Of a DNA stretch of 64,000 bases, positions 22,169-33,888 are shown piece by piece; the stretch's first letter is position 1, and every line of letters begins with the position of its first letter. The notes below the pieces were generated by a model. That model was not told the origin of the DNA. It saw nothing but the letters and a program-made list of their open reading frames with translations, and searched no databases. The DNA comes from Gammaproteobacteria bacterium (GTDB lineage: Bacteria; Pseudomonadota; Gammaproteobacteria; Eutrophobiales; Eutrophobiaceae): assembly GCA_965222155.1 (NCBI GenBank), contig CBDCTH010000012.1, positions 672,001 to 736,000 on the forward strand, in the 5' to 3' direction. Made by a program: the position numbers and the translations under genes.

Positions 22169-23185
22169 TCAGGTATACTCCCTGATGAGTTCGCACAGAG
22201 CAGCGATATGCCGGGGGCGGTCGTTCAGGGCAGGGATGTAAGTAAATTTTTCCCCACCGGCGGACAGAAAAAAATCCCTGTTCCGTATTTCAATTTCTTC
22301 CAGTGTTTCAAGGCAATCTGCCGCAAATCCAGGGCAGATTACCTGTACGTGTTCGATACCGGTCTTACCCCATTCCTGCAGCAGCTTGTCCGTATAAGGC
22401 TGTAACCATTCGCGGGGACCGAAACGAGACTGGAACGATACTTCCCAGCGATTTTTATCCAGTTCCAGCTGTCCGGCCACAAGATGCGCGGTTGCATGGC
22501 ATTCATCAGAATAAGGATCCCCGGCAAGAACATAATCCTTGGGTAAACCGTGAAATGAAAACAGCAGTTTATCCGCTTTGCCGGATTGCGCCCACTGCGC
22601 GCGGATGCTTTCTGCCAGGGCATCAATGTAGCCGGGATCATCATGGTAGCTTGTGATCATGCGTAACTGGGGGATACGGCGCCAGGTTTTCAGCACGGCG
22701 GCAACCGCATCGAATGTCGACGCCGTTGTCGCGGCTGAATACTGCGGGTACAGGGGCAGGATCAGCAGTTTCTTCAGGTTGTAGCTGCGCAGTTTCTCCA
22801 GGGTCGACCGGATCGACGGGTTGCCGTAACGCATACCCAGCTCTATGCGGTATGATGCTTCGGCGCTTTCACCCAGCGCCGACCGGATAGCCCGGCATTG
22901 TTTTTCCGATATGACCAGCAGGGGCGAGCCTGCTTCAGTCCATACTTCACGGTAAGCCCTGGCGGAACGACGCGGACGCAGCCTGAGAATGAAACCGTGC
23001 AATATGGGCCACCAGAGTAACCTTGGCGTTTCAATGACCCGTGGGTCCGATAAAAACTCCGCCAGGTATTTTCTCAGCGCGGCCGGCGTCGGCGCGTCGG
23101 GCGTCCCAAGATTGGTAACAAGAATCCCGGTGGTCGTCGGCGTATCGTATTTGAACTCGGGGTTGCCGCTGTATCTAGCCCGCAT
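22169..23185 (-). CDS. hemH: Ferrochelatase
   Basis: NLGTPDAP, PLYPQYS, SFHGLP, FQSRFG, DCLETLEEI; current ATG lies in a MITE terminal repeat. Confidence 0.95.
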   Translation of the reverse strand: MRARYSGNPEFKYDTPTTTGILVTNLGTPDAPTPAALRKYLAEFLSDPRVIETPRLLWWPILHGFILRLRPRRSARAYREVWTEAGSPLLVISEKQCRAIRSALGESAEASYRIELGMRYGNPSIRSTLEKLRSYNLKKLLILPLYPQYSAATTASTFDAVAAVLKTWRRIPQLRMITSYHDDPGYIDALAESIRAQWAQSGKADKLLFSFHGLPKDYVLAGDPYSDECHATAHLVAGQLELDKNRWEVSFQSRFGPREWLQPYTDKLLQEWGKTGIEHVQVICPGFAADCLETLEEIEIRNRDFFLSAGGEKFTYIPALNDRPRHIAALCELIREYT

Positions 23186-23513
23186 TTCTCACCAGTTGAT
23201 GCGATGATCGCGCAGGATTTTTGATGTGCGCCTTCCATGGCGCACACCCTACGGGCGCCCTGCGGGCGTCCAAATCTGCTCCGGGCAGATTTGTGACCGC
23301 TAGCGGGTGCCGGAGCCTGCCCCGTACTTGATACGGGGATCGAAAGCATAGCTGTAGCTCTGGTTGAGGGAGCATGTGCCCGCTGGCGGCAAAAAGACAA
23401 GCGAGGGCGCATCAAGCGCAGTCTGTTATGTTGATATAGTGAATAGATTATCATAACGTATTGACAGCAAACAACTAGCCGATGACGACAAGCGAACTGG
23501 TGAGAAATGCGGG
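23179..23513. mobile_element. MITE copy 2, inserted at the hemH start
   Basis: TIR CCCGCATTTCTCACCAGTT/AACTGGTGAGAAATGCGGG; terminal blocks near-identical to 4170-4509. Confidence 0.85.
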
Positions 23514-23625
23514 CTGATCATCTGTTGTCGTTACAACTCTGCCGTACTCGCGTCATTATGGGTTAGTCCTGAAAACTTCACCAGTGGTTCCGGCTTGGGA
23601 CAGACTCCGTTTCTCGCCCCGTACT

Positions 23626-23662
23626 ATATAAAATAACTATCGACAGAATAGATATAATCAAA
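23626..23662. promoter_or_regulatory. OxyR-like binding site upstream of catalase
   Basis: ATAT-N7-CTAT-N7-ATAG-N7-CAAA versus OxyR consensus ATAG-N7-CTAT-N7-ATAG-N7-CTAT. Confidence 0.6.
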
Positions 23663-23733
23663 TTTATTTATTAAACGAGTGTATCTATACTCCTGTCTAA
23701 ATCAATAACATTCATTTTGGACGGAGGTGGTAT

Positions 23734-25224
23734 ATGAAACACAAAACCTTGACAACGTCATCAGGCGCACCCATCGCCGATGATCAGAATTCACTGACTG
23801 CCGGACCTCGCGGGCCAGTGCTGATGCAGGACTGGCAGTTAATCGAAAAACTCGCGCATTTCAATCGGGAACGCATCCCTGAGCGTGTTGTTCACGCCAA
23901 GGGGACCGGTGCCTACGGCACGTTTACCCTGAAAAAAGACCTGTCGGATTACACCGTTGCCGAGTACCTTAACGGCGCGTATAAACAATCGGAAGTATTC
24001 GTGCGTTTTTCAACCGTAGGCGGGGAAAGCGGATCGGCCGATGCGGAGCGTGACCCGCGTGGATTTGCCGTCAAGTTTTATACCCGGGAAGGTAACCACG
24101 ATATAGTCGGCAACAATACACCGGTCTTCTTCCTGCGCGACCCGAGCAAATTCCCCGATTTCATTCATACGCAAAAACGCAACCCGGTGACTAACTGCAA
24201 GGACCCGGAAGCGGTATGGGATTTCTGGGCATTGAATCCGCAGGCCATGCACCAGGTCACCATCCTGTTTTCCGATCGGGGTGTACCGGCCGATTACCGG
24301 CACATGAACGGCTACGGTTCCCACACCTATTCAATGTGGAACAACAAGGGAGAACGTTTCTGGGTGAAATGGCATTTCAAGACACAACAGGGAATAAAAT
24401 GTCTGACGGAAGCGGAAGCGCGGGAAACGTGCGGTCAAGACCCCGACCACGCGCAACGGGACCTGGTCGCGGCCATAAAGAGTAAAAACTATCCCAGGTG
24501 GACGGTTAACATTCAGGTCATGCAGGAAAAACAGGCTGAGACCTATGCAATCAATCCATTTGACTTGACCAAGGTATGGCCGCACAAGGATTTTCCGTTG
24601 ATTGAAATCGGCGAGTTGGAGTTGAGCCGTAACGTTGACAATTATTTTGCGGAAACCGAGCAGTCTGCTTTTGCGCCCAGCAACCTGGTTCCGGGTATCG
24701 GCGCCTCACCTGACAAAATGTTACAGGCCCGGCTGTTTGCCTACCAGGATGCGCACCGGTACCGCATCGGAGCTAATTATAATGATCTGCCGGTGAATTA
24801 CCCTCGTGCGTCCGGCGCGGAAAATTACCAGCGCGCCAGCGCTATGGCGGGCACAAAATGCCCGTTTGATCATGGACGCATCAACAGTGGCGCTGCTGAC
24901 GTCAACTACGGGCCAAATTCAAAAGGCGGCCCGGAGGAAAAACCCCAGTACCATGAACCGCCTTTGAGGCTCGACGCCACAATGATTGAACGCCATGATC
25001 ATCGCGCCGGAGCGGATGATTATTCCCAGGCCGGCGCCTTGTTCCGACTCATGACGGATGATCAGCAACAGCAAATTGCAAATAATATTGCCGGCAGTCT
25101 GGGGCAGGCCTCACAGGAAGTACAGGAACACATGTTCGTGCACTTCGATAAGTGTGACCGGCAATATGGCCGGATGGTTCGGGACGCGATTTCCATGCAA
25201 ACCGAACTGGCGCAGGCATCCTGA
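23734..25224 (+). CDS. katA: Monofunctional small-subunit heme catalase
   Basis: FNRERIPERVVHAKG, RDPRGFAVKFYT, RLFAYQDAHRYR. Confidence 0.95.
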   Translation: MKHKTLTTSSGAPIADDQNSLTAGPRGPVLMQDWQLIEKLAHFNRERIPERVVHAKGTGAYGTFTLKKDLSDYTVAEYLNGAYKQSEVFVRFSTVGGESGSADAERDPRGFAVKFYTREGNHDIVGNNTPVFFLRDPSKFPDFIHTQKRNPVTNCKDPEAVWDFWALNPQAMHQVTILFSDRGVPADYRHMNGYGSHTYSMWNNKGERFWVKWHFKTQQGIKCLTEAEARETCGQDPDHAQRDLVAAIKSKNYPRWTVNIQVMQEKQAETYAINPFDLTKVWPHKDFPLIEIGELELSRNVDNYFAETEQSAFAPSNLVPGIGASPDKMLQARLFAYQDAHRYRIGANYNDLPVNYPRASGAENYQRASAMAGTKCPFDHGRINSGAADVNYGPNSKGGPEEKPQYHEPPLRLDATMIERHDHRAGADDYSQAGALFRLMTDDQQQQIANNIAGSLGQASQEVQEHMFVHFDKCDRQYGRMVRDAISMQTELAQAS

Positions 25225-25249
25225 CGCGGGCGAGACGGAGAGCGGGAAT

Positions 25250-25927
25250 TCGGAAACAGGTTTGAGTTTGGAGCAAGGTGTTTTTAACGAGCACATAGCC
25301 GTCGACGTAGGCAACCGGGCAGTGGCCACACTCCTGGTGGAAAAGCTGTGCGCGACACTGATTCTGGCCAACTACTCCCGGCTTGTTGTTGACCTGAATC
25401 GCGATCCGGACGACCCCACCGCGTTCATTCCGGAGAGCGACGGCGTGGACATACCGGGTAATCAAAATCTTGGCGCCGCGGAAAAGCAGCGACGAGGTAA
25501 TTCAATTCACCGGCCTTATCACGATGCCATAGACGGTTTGATCGACGATTTTCTGAGGCAGGGTACCGTACCCGTCATTATCAGCGTCCACAGTTTCACG
25601 CCTGTACTGGCAGGGCAGCGCCGTCCCTGGCATATCGGTGTGCTATGGGACAAGGACCCGCGCATCGCACTCCCCCTGCTGACAAGGCTCAGGCAGCATC
25701 GGGATTTGATCGTCGGCGACAATGAGCCTTATTCAGGCCATCACCTTGCCGATTATACGGTTGATCACCATGGGGAGGGCAGGGGACTTGCCAACGTTTC
25801 CATTGAAATACGGCAGGATCTCGTGTGTGATATGTCCGGTGTTGAACAATGGACGGCGCTCCTCGTCGAAGCCTTGTCGGAGATACTGGCCGATGAGACG
25901 CTGTATCAATATTTGGGGTCAGAGTAA
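25250..25927 (+). pseudogene. N-formylglutamate amidohydrolase family, apparently 5'-truncated
   Basis: HIAVDVG, SRLVVDLNR, SVHSFTP, GDNEPY, IEIRQDL present; usual N-terminal CDHAS segment missing; 5' boundary approximate. Confidence 0.65.
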
Positions 25928-25992
25928 AAATACGTAACAATGGACCTGCAACACCAATCGACGGACGTATTTTTACTCCGACCCCAAATATC
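25908..25992. repeat. Family A doublet, copy 2 (supplies stop codons to both flanking genes)
   Basis: 26-bp inverted arms, 33-bp spacer. Confidence 0.9.
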
Positions 25993-28459
25993 TGAGCGCC
26001 AGCACAGGTGGCGTGGATAAAACCTTGTATGTCCCGGCCAGTCCGGCGATGACGATAATCGATGTACAGAGTATCGGTGTGATTAGCCAGACCCAAGGGT
26101 TAATCACGACATCCATGTTAAAGACATATTCAGCCAGTAATATTTCTGCAACGGTGGCGGTCAACCCTGCAATAACTCCAGCAATCAGCCCGAGACAAGC
26201 AAACTCCGCCAGTAAACCGGCCAGTACCTGAGCGCGCCCCGCGCCCAGAGTCATTAACAGGGCAGTTTCGTGCCTGCGCTCATCATGGGTGGTTTGCAAC
26301 GCGGCAAGCAAGACAATGAGCCCGGCCAGCAAGGTAAAACCGGCAACAAATTCCACTGCCAGCACCACCTGTTCCATGATCTTTCGAACCTGTTTGAGAA
26401 TGGCGTCCACGTCGAAGACGGTGACGCTCGGCCAGGCCTTGACGAGGTCGGTGAGCAGTTGCTTTTTTTCAGCAGGTAAATAGAAACTGGTAATATGGGT
26501 AGTTGGGTAATCATCCAGTGTACCCGGGTTGGCAACGACGAAAAAATTCACGTTGAACGTATCCCAGTCAACCCACCTGGTATTGGCAACCGTACCAATC
26601 ACCGTGTTATCGGCAATTTTGAACTCAAGCCGGTCGCCCAGGGAAATCCCCAGGGTATCCGCGAACTCTTCTTCAAAGGAAAACAGGTTCTCATCGGTAG
26701 CATTCCACCATTCGCCGGTCAGCAGGCGGTTATCATCCTGCAATGTTTCCGCGGTGGATAAATTGAATGTCCGCCGGGCAAAACGTTTTGCCCGTTCATC
26801 GGTGTAGTCGTCGGTGTTAACCGTCCTGTCATTAACGCTCGTCAGTCGGGCTCGGATCAACGGATACGAGCGCGTCACAAGGCCGGTCCGCTCCCTGATA
26901 AACTCCCTGACCGCGTCCACCTCATCCGGCTGGATGTTAATGAGGAAGTAGTTGGGGGTATCGGCAGGCAATCGATTGCGCCAGTTCGCCAGGAGATCGG
27001 TCCGGATCAGCGTCAGCAGGGTAAGTAGCATCACACCGAGACTGATAGCGAGGATTTGCGCAGTGCTCAGGCCGGCCCGGCGAACGATATTTGCCAAGCC
27101 GAATCGGGCCGCGACGCCTACTCCCGACCTCAGTCCGGTCAACCGGCGAATAGCCAGCCGAGCCGCCAGAAACGCTGCCAAAGCGGTGAGCGCCAGTCCG
27201 CAGAAACCATAGACAAACAGCTTCCCACTGCCGGATTGCCACAGGGCCAATAACAACAGACAGCCAACGGCTGCCAGGTAAATTCCCAGGTTGTTCAACG
27301 GCAACGGCGTCAGGTCGCGCCTCAGCACCCTCAGCGGGGTGACATTTTTCAGACGCAGAATTTGCGGCATGGCAAAACCGAGCGCCGTCAATACACCGGC
27401 TGCCAGGCCGCTGAGCACAGGGGCCGGGGATGGCGCCGGTAATGGTCTTGACACCAGATCGTTCATCAGTACGGTCAGGCCGGTCTGTCCCAGGTAGCCC
27501 AGCCCGCAGCCGATTGCGCTACAGATCAAGGCCGTGATAAACAACTGGATGAGATACAGCTTGACGACCGTATCCGGGCCGGCGCCGAAGCAGCGCATGA
27601 TGGCGCAATTATCATAGTGTCTGACCGCATAGCGTTGCGCCGACAGTGCGACCGCCAGCCCGGCCAGGGCGATGCTGGCCAGCACGGCAAGCCCCAGGAA
27701 TTGCTCGGCCCGGTCCAGGGCGGTGCGCAGTTCGGGCCTGGCGTCACGGATACCCCGTACCTCATATTCAGGGTGATCGTCGATCAGGGAACGAAATCCG
27801 GTCACTGCCTCGCCTGCCCCGGCCAGCAAGAGTCGGTATGTCACCCGGCTGCCGGGCAGAATAAGGCCGGTGGCTTCAAGGTCCGCGAGATTCATCAGCA
27901 ATCTCGGCGCAATATTGAACATATCACCGCCGCGATCGGGTTCATAAGTCAGGACCTTGGCCGCAGGCAGGGTTGACTCACCCAGGTTGATTCGAGTGCC
28001 GACGCGCAAATCCAGCAATTGAAACAGTCTTGGGTCGAGCCAGACGGCGCCCTGTTGCGGGATGGCGTCGGCGCCGTATTCCATGGCAAACAACTCATCT
28101 GAAACCTGCAGCCGGCCCCGTAACGGGTAACCGGTTTGCACTGCCTTGACCTGCGCCAGTTCGAGTTTTCCGGCATGGACGACAACACTGGAGAAACTGG
28201 CAGTGAGCGCCGTGTTCAAACCCAGGTCTTGCGCGTGCTCGATAAATTCCTGTTTGAACGGTTCTGCCGAGCTCACGACCAGGTCTGCGGCAAGCAGTTC
28301 GGTGGCCTGGATTTCCGTCACCTGGTTCACTCTATCGGTAAAGAAATCAACGGATGTCAGGCTTGCGACGGCAATGATCAGGGCCAGGCCGAGCAGGCGC
28401 AGTTCTCCGCCCCGCCAATCCCGGCCAAGCTGCGAAAGTGATAATTTAACCAGGGACAT
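25973..28459 (-). CDS. ABC transporter permease, YbbP-like (FtsX family)
   Basis: RDWRGGEL, LIQ/LIL-PGSRV, PNYFLINIQP; two TM bundles; downstream of ybbA-like ATPase. Confidence 0.9.
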   Translation of the reverse strand: MSLVKLSLSQLGRDWRGGELRLLGLALIIAVASLTSVDFFTDRVNQVTEIQATELLAADLVVSSAEPFKQEFIEHAQDLGLNTALTASFSSVVVHAGKLELAQVKAVQTGYPLRGRLQVSDELFAMEYGADAIPQQGAVWLDPRLFQLLDLRVGTRINLGESTLPAAKVLTYEPDRGGDMFNIAPRLLMNLADLEATGLILPGSRVTYRLLLAGAGEAVTGFRSLIDDHPEYEVRGIRDARPELRTALDRAEQFLGLAVLASIALAGLAVALSAQRYAVRHYDNCAIMRCFGAGPDTVVKLYLIQLFITALICSAIGCGLGYLGQTGLTVLMNDLVSRPLPAPSPAPVLSGLAAGVLTALGFAMPQILRLKNVTPLRVLRRDLTPLPLNNLGIYLAAVGCLLLLALWQSGSGKLFVYGFCGLALTALAAFLAARLAIRRLTGLRSGVGVAARFGLANIVRRAGLSTAQILAISLGVMLLTLLTLIRTDLLANWRNRLPADTPNYFLINIQPDEVDAVREFIRERTGLVTRSYPLIRARLTSVNDRTVNTDDYTDERAKRFARRTFNLSTAETLQDDNRLLTGEWWNATDENLFSFEEEFADTLGISLGDRLEFKIADNTVIGTVANTRWVDWDTFNVNFFVVANPGTLDDYPTTHITSFYLPAEKKQLLTDLVKAWPSVTVFDVDAILKQVRKIMEQVVLAVEFVAGFTLLAGLIVLLAALQTTHDERRHETALLMTLGAGRAQVLAGLLAEFACLGLIAGVIAGLTATVAEILLAEYVFNMDVVINPWVWLITPILCTSIIVIAGLAGTYKVLSTPPVLALRYLGSE

Positions 28460-28483
28460 TGATGTTTGTGATATCTGAATATC

Positions 28484-29161
28484 TCAGGTTAAGCGGCCGC
28501 CGGCGAGAGTCAACTTTCTGGAACAGTGGCCCGCCACAGTTGGATCATGGGTGACCAGGATCAGGGTGGTGCCGTTCTCCGAATTAAGGTGAAACAATAA
28601 ATCCACGACTTGTACTGCCGTTTCCTGATCCAGGTTGCCGGTCAGTTCATCGGCGAACAGCACCAGCGGTGTGCCGGCAAAGGCCCTGGCTATGGCGACC
28701 CGTTGTTGTTCACCGCCGGATAACTGGTTCGGGTAGTGGGCGGTTCGAGCCGCCAATCCGACCCTGGCCAGTTGCGCCTGCGCCAAAGCCCGTGCGTCGC
28801 CGTTCCCTGCCAGTTCCAACGGCAACATGACGTTTTCCAGAGCGGTCAGGCCCTGCAATAACTGGAATGATTGAAACACGAAACCCACCCGCCGGTTGCG
28901 CAACTTTGCCCTGCCGGCTTCATCCAGCGTGGTCAGGTCCGTGTTGTCCAGGATGACTCTGCCGTTTGTCGGCAGGTCCAGGCCTGCCAGTATGCCGATC
29001 AGCGTCGACTTGCCGGAACCGGATACGCCCGTTATCGCCAGGCTCTCTCCAAATTTGATTTTAAGGTTGATATTGTCCAGGATAGTCAGGCTGCCGGCAG
29101 GGCCGATGACCCTTTTGCCCAGATTTTCCGCCCGGATAACATAATTTGAGGTTTGTTCCAT
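28484..29161 (-). CDS. ABC transporter ATP-binding protein, YbbA-like
   Basis: [21 protein letters not shown]; divergent from tesA with overlapping starts (CATG at 29159-29162). Confidence 0.92.
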   Translation of the reverse strand: MEQTSNYVIRAENLGKRVIGPAGSLTILDNINLKIKFGESLAITGVSGSGKSTLIGILAGLDLPTNGRVILDNTDLTTLDEAGRAKLRNRRVGFVFQSFQLLQGLTALENVMLPLELAGNGDARALAQAQLARVGLAARTAHYPNQLSGGEQQRVAIARAFAGTPLVLFADELTGNLDQETAVQVVDLLFHLNSENGTTLILVTHDPTVAGHCSRKLTLAGGRLT

Positions 29162-29783
29162 GTTCAGGTTGATTATTTTTATAGTGAGTTTGATACTACC
29201 ATTGTCCGCGCCCGGTTCCGAAAAAACCATCCTGGTTCTGGGTGACAGCCTGAGCGCCGCCCACGGTATTGACGCACAAGCGGGCTGGGTGGCCCAATTA
29301 CGGCAGCGACTAAGCCGCGCCGACTACCGCTATGAAGTCACTAACGCCAGTATCAGCGGTGAAACCACCCATGGGGCGAATACCCGTCTCGACCTCATTT
29401 TAAAAGAGACAACACCGGATATCACCATCGTTGAACTGGGCGGTAATGATGGGCTGAGGGGTATTCCCCTGGCGGAAATCAAGGCTAATCTGACCAGTAT
29501 TATAGAGAAGATTTCTGCCGCTGACAGCAGCATTGTCCTGGTGGAGATGCTGCTGCCGCCAAATTACGGCGCGGCCTATATAGAAGAATTTGTAACCATA
29601 TACAAAAGCTTGGCCTTGAAGGATAATGTTATTCTGACCCCGTTTATTCTGGATAATATTGCCGGTGACCCGGATTTAATGCAGAGTGACGGCATTCACC
29701 CGACAGCCAAGGCTCAGGAAATAATGTTGGACAATATTTGGCCGCATCTTAATTCGCTGCTGGCAACGGATACCGGTCGATGA
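29160..29783 (+). CDS. tesA: Arylesterase/thioesterase I (GDSL)
   Basis: GDSLS, NASISGETT, ELGGNDGLRG, DGIHP. Confidence 0.92.
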   Translation: MFRLIIFIVSLILPLSAPGSEKTILVLGDSLSAAHGIDAQAGWVAQLRQRLSRADYRYEVTNASISGETTHGANTRLDLILKETTPDITIVELGGNDGLRGIPLAEIKANLTSIIEKISAADSSIVLVEMLLPPNYGAAYIEEFVTIYKSLALKDNVILTPFILDNIAGDPDLMQSDGIHPTAKAQEIMLDNIWPHLNSLLATDTGR

Positions 29784-30355
29784 ATTACTGTAATGACTGT
29801 GGCGCCCAGGTAGTACAGAAGATACCACCCGATGATAATCGGTTGCGCTTTGTATGCGCTTCCTGCGATACGGTTCACTATCAGAATCCGAAGATAGTCG
29901 CCGGTTGCATTCCCGTATGGGAGGACAAGGTGCTGCTGTGCAAACGCGCTATTGAACCCCGTTACGGCTACTGGACCCTGCCCGCGGGTTTCATGGAATT
30001 GGGCGAGACCTCCCATGCCGCCGCACTCAGGGAGACTCTGGAAGAGGCCAATGCCCGGGTTGAGATAATCAACCTGTTTGCATTGTTCAACCTGCCCCAC
30101 GTCAACCAGATTTACCTGATGTTCAACTCCAATCTTATGGATCTGAATTTCTCCGCCGGCGATGAGAGCCAGGAAGTGGCGTTGCTTTCCCGGGATGAGA
30201 TCCCATGGGAACAACTGGCCTTCACCACGATCCGCTACACACTGGAATTTTTCTTTGAAGATCAAAAAAACGACAGCCACCGGCTGCATACGGGAGATAT
30301 TATCCGTAACAGCTCAAGCCACGAATTCCTGACCGGCCCGGAAACCCGGTATTGA
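29780..30355 (+). CDS. NUDIX hydrolase with N-terminal zinc ribbon
   Basis: CNDCG...CASC, YQNPK, GFMELGE...RETLEEA Nudix box. Confidence 0.92.
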   Translation: MNYCNDCGAQVVQKIPPDDNRLRFVCASCDTVHYQNPKIVAGCIPVWEDKVLLCKRAIEPRYGYWTLPAGFMELGETSHAAALRETLEEANARVEIINLFALFNLPHVNQIYLMFNSNLMDLNFSAGDESQEVALLSRDEIPWEQLAFTTIRYTLEFFFEDQKNDSHRLHTGDIIRNSSSHEFLTGPETRY

Positions 30356-30418
30356 GTCGATTTCCGGATTCCGGAATTGCCGTACCTGACAGTTATTACA
30401 TCAACGTGAGAAATAAAA

Positions 30419-31606
30419 ATGATAAAACCACATGGATCCGATGAACTGAAGCCGCTGTTCGTCGAAGATGAAGTACGGCGACAAGCGCTGCTGGAAGAAG
30501 CGGAAACCCTGCCGCAGTTGTTGCTCAATTCGGCTGCCGCGGCCAATGCGGTGATGCTTGGCGCCGGTTATTTTTCGCCGCTGTCCGGCTATATGAATGC
30601 CGCCGATGCAATCAGCGTTGCCGGGGAAATGCACACCACTGCCGGCCTGTTCTGGCCGGTGCCCTGTCTGAACATGAGTGCCGACACCGCGACGATCAAT
30701 GGCGCCACGCGTATTGCATTACGCGATCCAAACGTCGATGGCCGGCCGGTTATCGCAATACAGGATGTGGCCTCCGTGGACACCTTGTCTGCTGATCAAA
30801 TCGCGCTGATCACGGAAAAGGTCTTCGGCACCCTGGACCCGAATCACCCCGGCGTAGCGACGTTTACAGCGTCCGGAAACCGGCTCGTGGCAGGTCCCAT
30901 ACAGGTATTGAATTACAGTTACTTCGAGCAGGATTTTCCCGACACTTTCAGGACAGCCATGCAGATTCGCGCGGGGATCGCCGCCACTGGCTGGGAAACA
31001 GTCGTCGCCTTTCAGACGCGTAACCCCATGCACAGGGCCCATGAAGAATTATGCAAGATGGCAAAGGCAGCGCTGCAAGCCGATGGCGTACTGATCCACA
31101 TGCTGTTGGGGAAGTTGAAGCCGGGGGATATTCCCGCCGATGTGCGTGATGCGGCCATTCGAAAAATGGTGGAGTTGTATTTCCCCGAGAATACCGTCAT
31201 GGTAACCGGCTACGGTTTCGACATGCTCTATGCCGGCCCGCGGGAGGCGGTACTGCATGCCGTGTTCAGGCAGAATGCCGGTTGCAGCCACCTGATTGTG
31301 GGGCGCGACCACGCGGGTGTCGGCAGTTATTACGGCCCGTTCGACGCGCAGGCCATTTTTCGCGGACAGGTTCCTGAAGGCGCGCTGGAGATAAAAATAT
31401 TCGAAGCGGACCACACTGCGTATTCAAAAAAACTGAACCGGGTGGTTATGATGCGTGACGTTCCGGATCACAAAATGGAAGATTTCGTACTCCTGTCCGG
31501 GACAAAAGTACGGGAAATGCTGGCCGCCGGCCAACCGCTGCCGGAAGAATTTGCCCGCCCCGAGGTGGCCCGGATACTCATGGAGCATTATCAACAGTCT
31601 GCCTGA
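30419..31606 (+). CDS. sat: Sulfate adenylyltransferase (ATP sulfurylase)
   Basis: FQTRNPMHRAH, YAGPREAVLHA, IVGRDHAG, LSGTKVR. Confidence 0.95.
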   Translation: MIKPHGSDELKPLFVEDEVRRQALLEEAETLPQLLLNSAAAANAVMLGAGYFSPLSGYMNAADAISVAGEMHTTAGLFWPVPCLNMSADTATINGATRIALRDPNVDGRPVIAIQDVASVDTLSADQIALITEKVFGTLDPNHPGVATFTASGNRLVAGPIQVLNYSYFEQDFPDTFRTAMQIRAGIAATGWETVVAFQTRNPMHRAHEELCKMAKAALQADGVLIHMLLGKLKPGDIPADVRDAAIRKMVELYFPENTVMVTGYGFDMLYAGPREAVLHAVFRQNAGCSHLIVGRDHAGVGSYYGPFDAQAIFRGQVPEGALEIKIFEADHTAYSKKLNRVVMMRDVPDHKMEDFVLLSGTKVREMLAAGQPLPEEFARPEVARILMEHYQQSA

Positions 31607-31650
31607 AGCCCCTTTGAAAAAAGAATTTGCACCTGCATCAAGTATTTTTG

Positions 31651-31706
31651 TTGACATCTGATTTTTTTCCACTATATTGTTAGCACTCACATTGGTAGAG
31701 TGCTAA
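31651..31706 (+). promoter_or_regulatory. Sigma70-type promoter plus CIRCE operator (HrcA) for groESL
   Basis: TTGACA (31651)...TATATT, then perfect TTAGCACTC-N9-GAGTGCTAA at 31680-31706. Confidence 0.9.
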
Positions 31707-31763
31707 CAATTTCATTATATTCATAAAACAACAGAAGTTTAGCTCACAGGAGGTAATCAATAT

Positions 31764-33721
<1,958 letters not shown>

Positions 33722-33741
33722 CCCATTGCAGTTTCTGCCTG

Positions 33742-33775
33742 AAAAAAAACCCGCCTCTCGGCGGGTTTTTTGTTT
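33742..33775 (+). terminator. Bidirectional intrinsic terminator after groEL
   Basis: A8-CCCGCC-TCTC-GGCGGG-T6. Confidence 0.85.
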
Positions 33776-33795
33776 CAGGGCCAGGGATGGTCTAT

Positions 33796-33888
33796 CGTCA
33801 TTCCGGCGCATGCCGGAATCCAGTAGATGGAACTTCCTGGATAAAGAATAGGTTAACTGACTGGATTCCGGCATGCGCCGGAATGACG
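33796..33888. repeat. Family B doublet (CGTCATTCCGGC-N4-GCCGGAATCCAGT arms), copy 1
   Basis: Perfect 29-bp inverted arms, 35-bp spacer. Confidence 0.9.
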
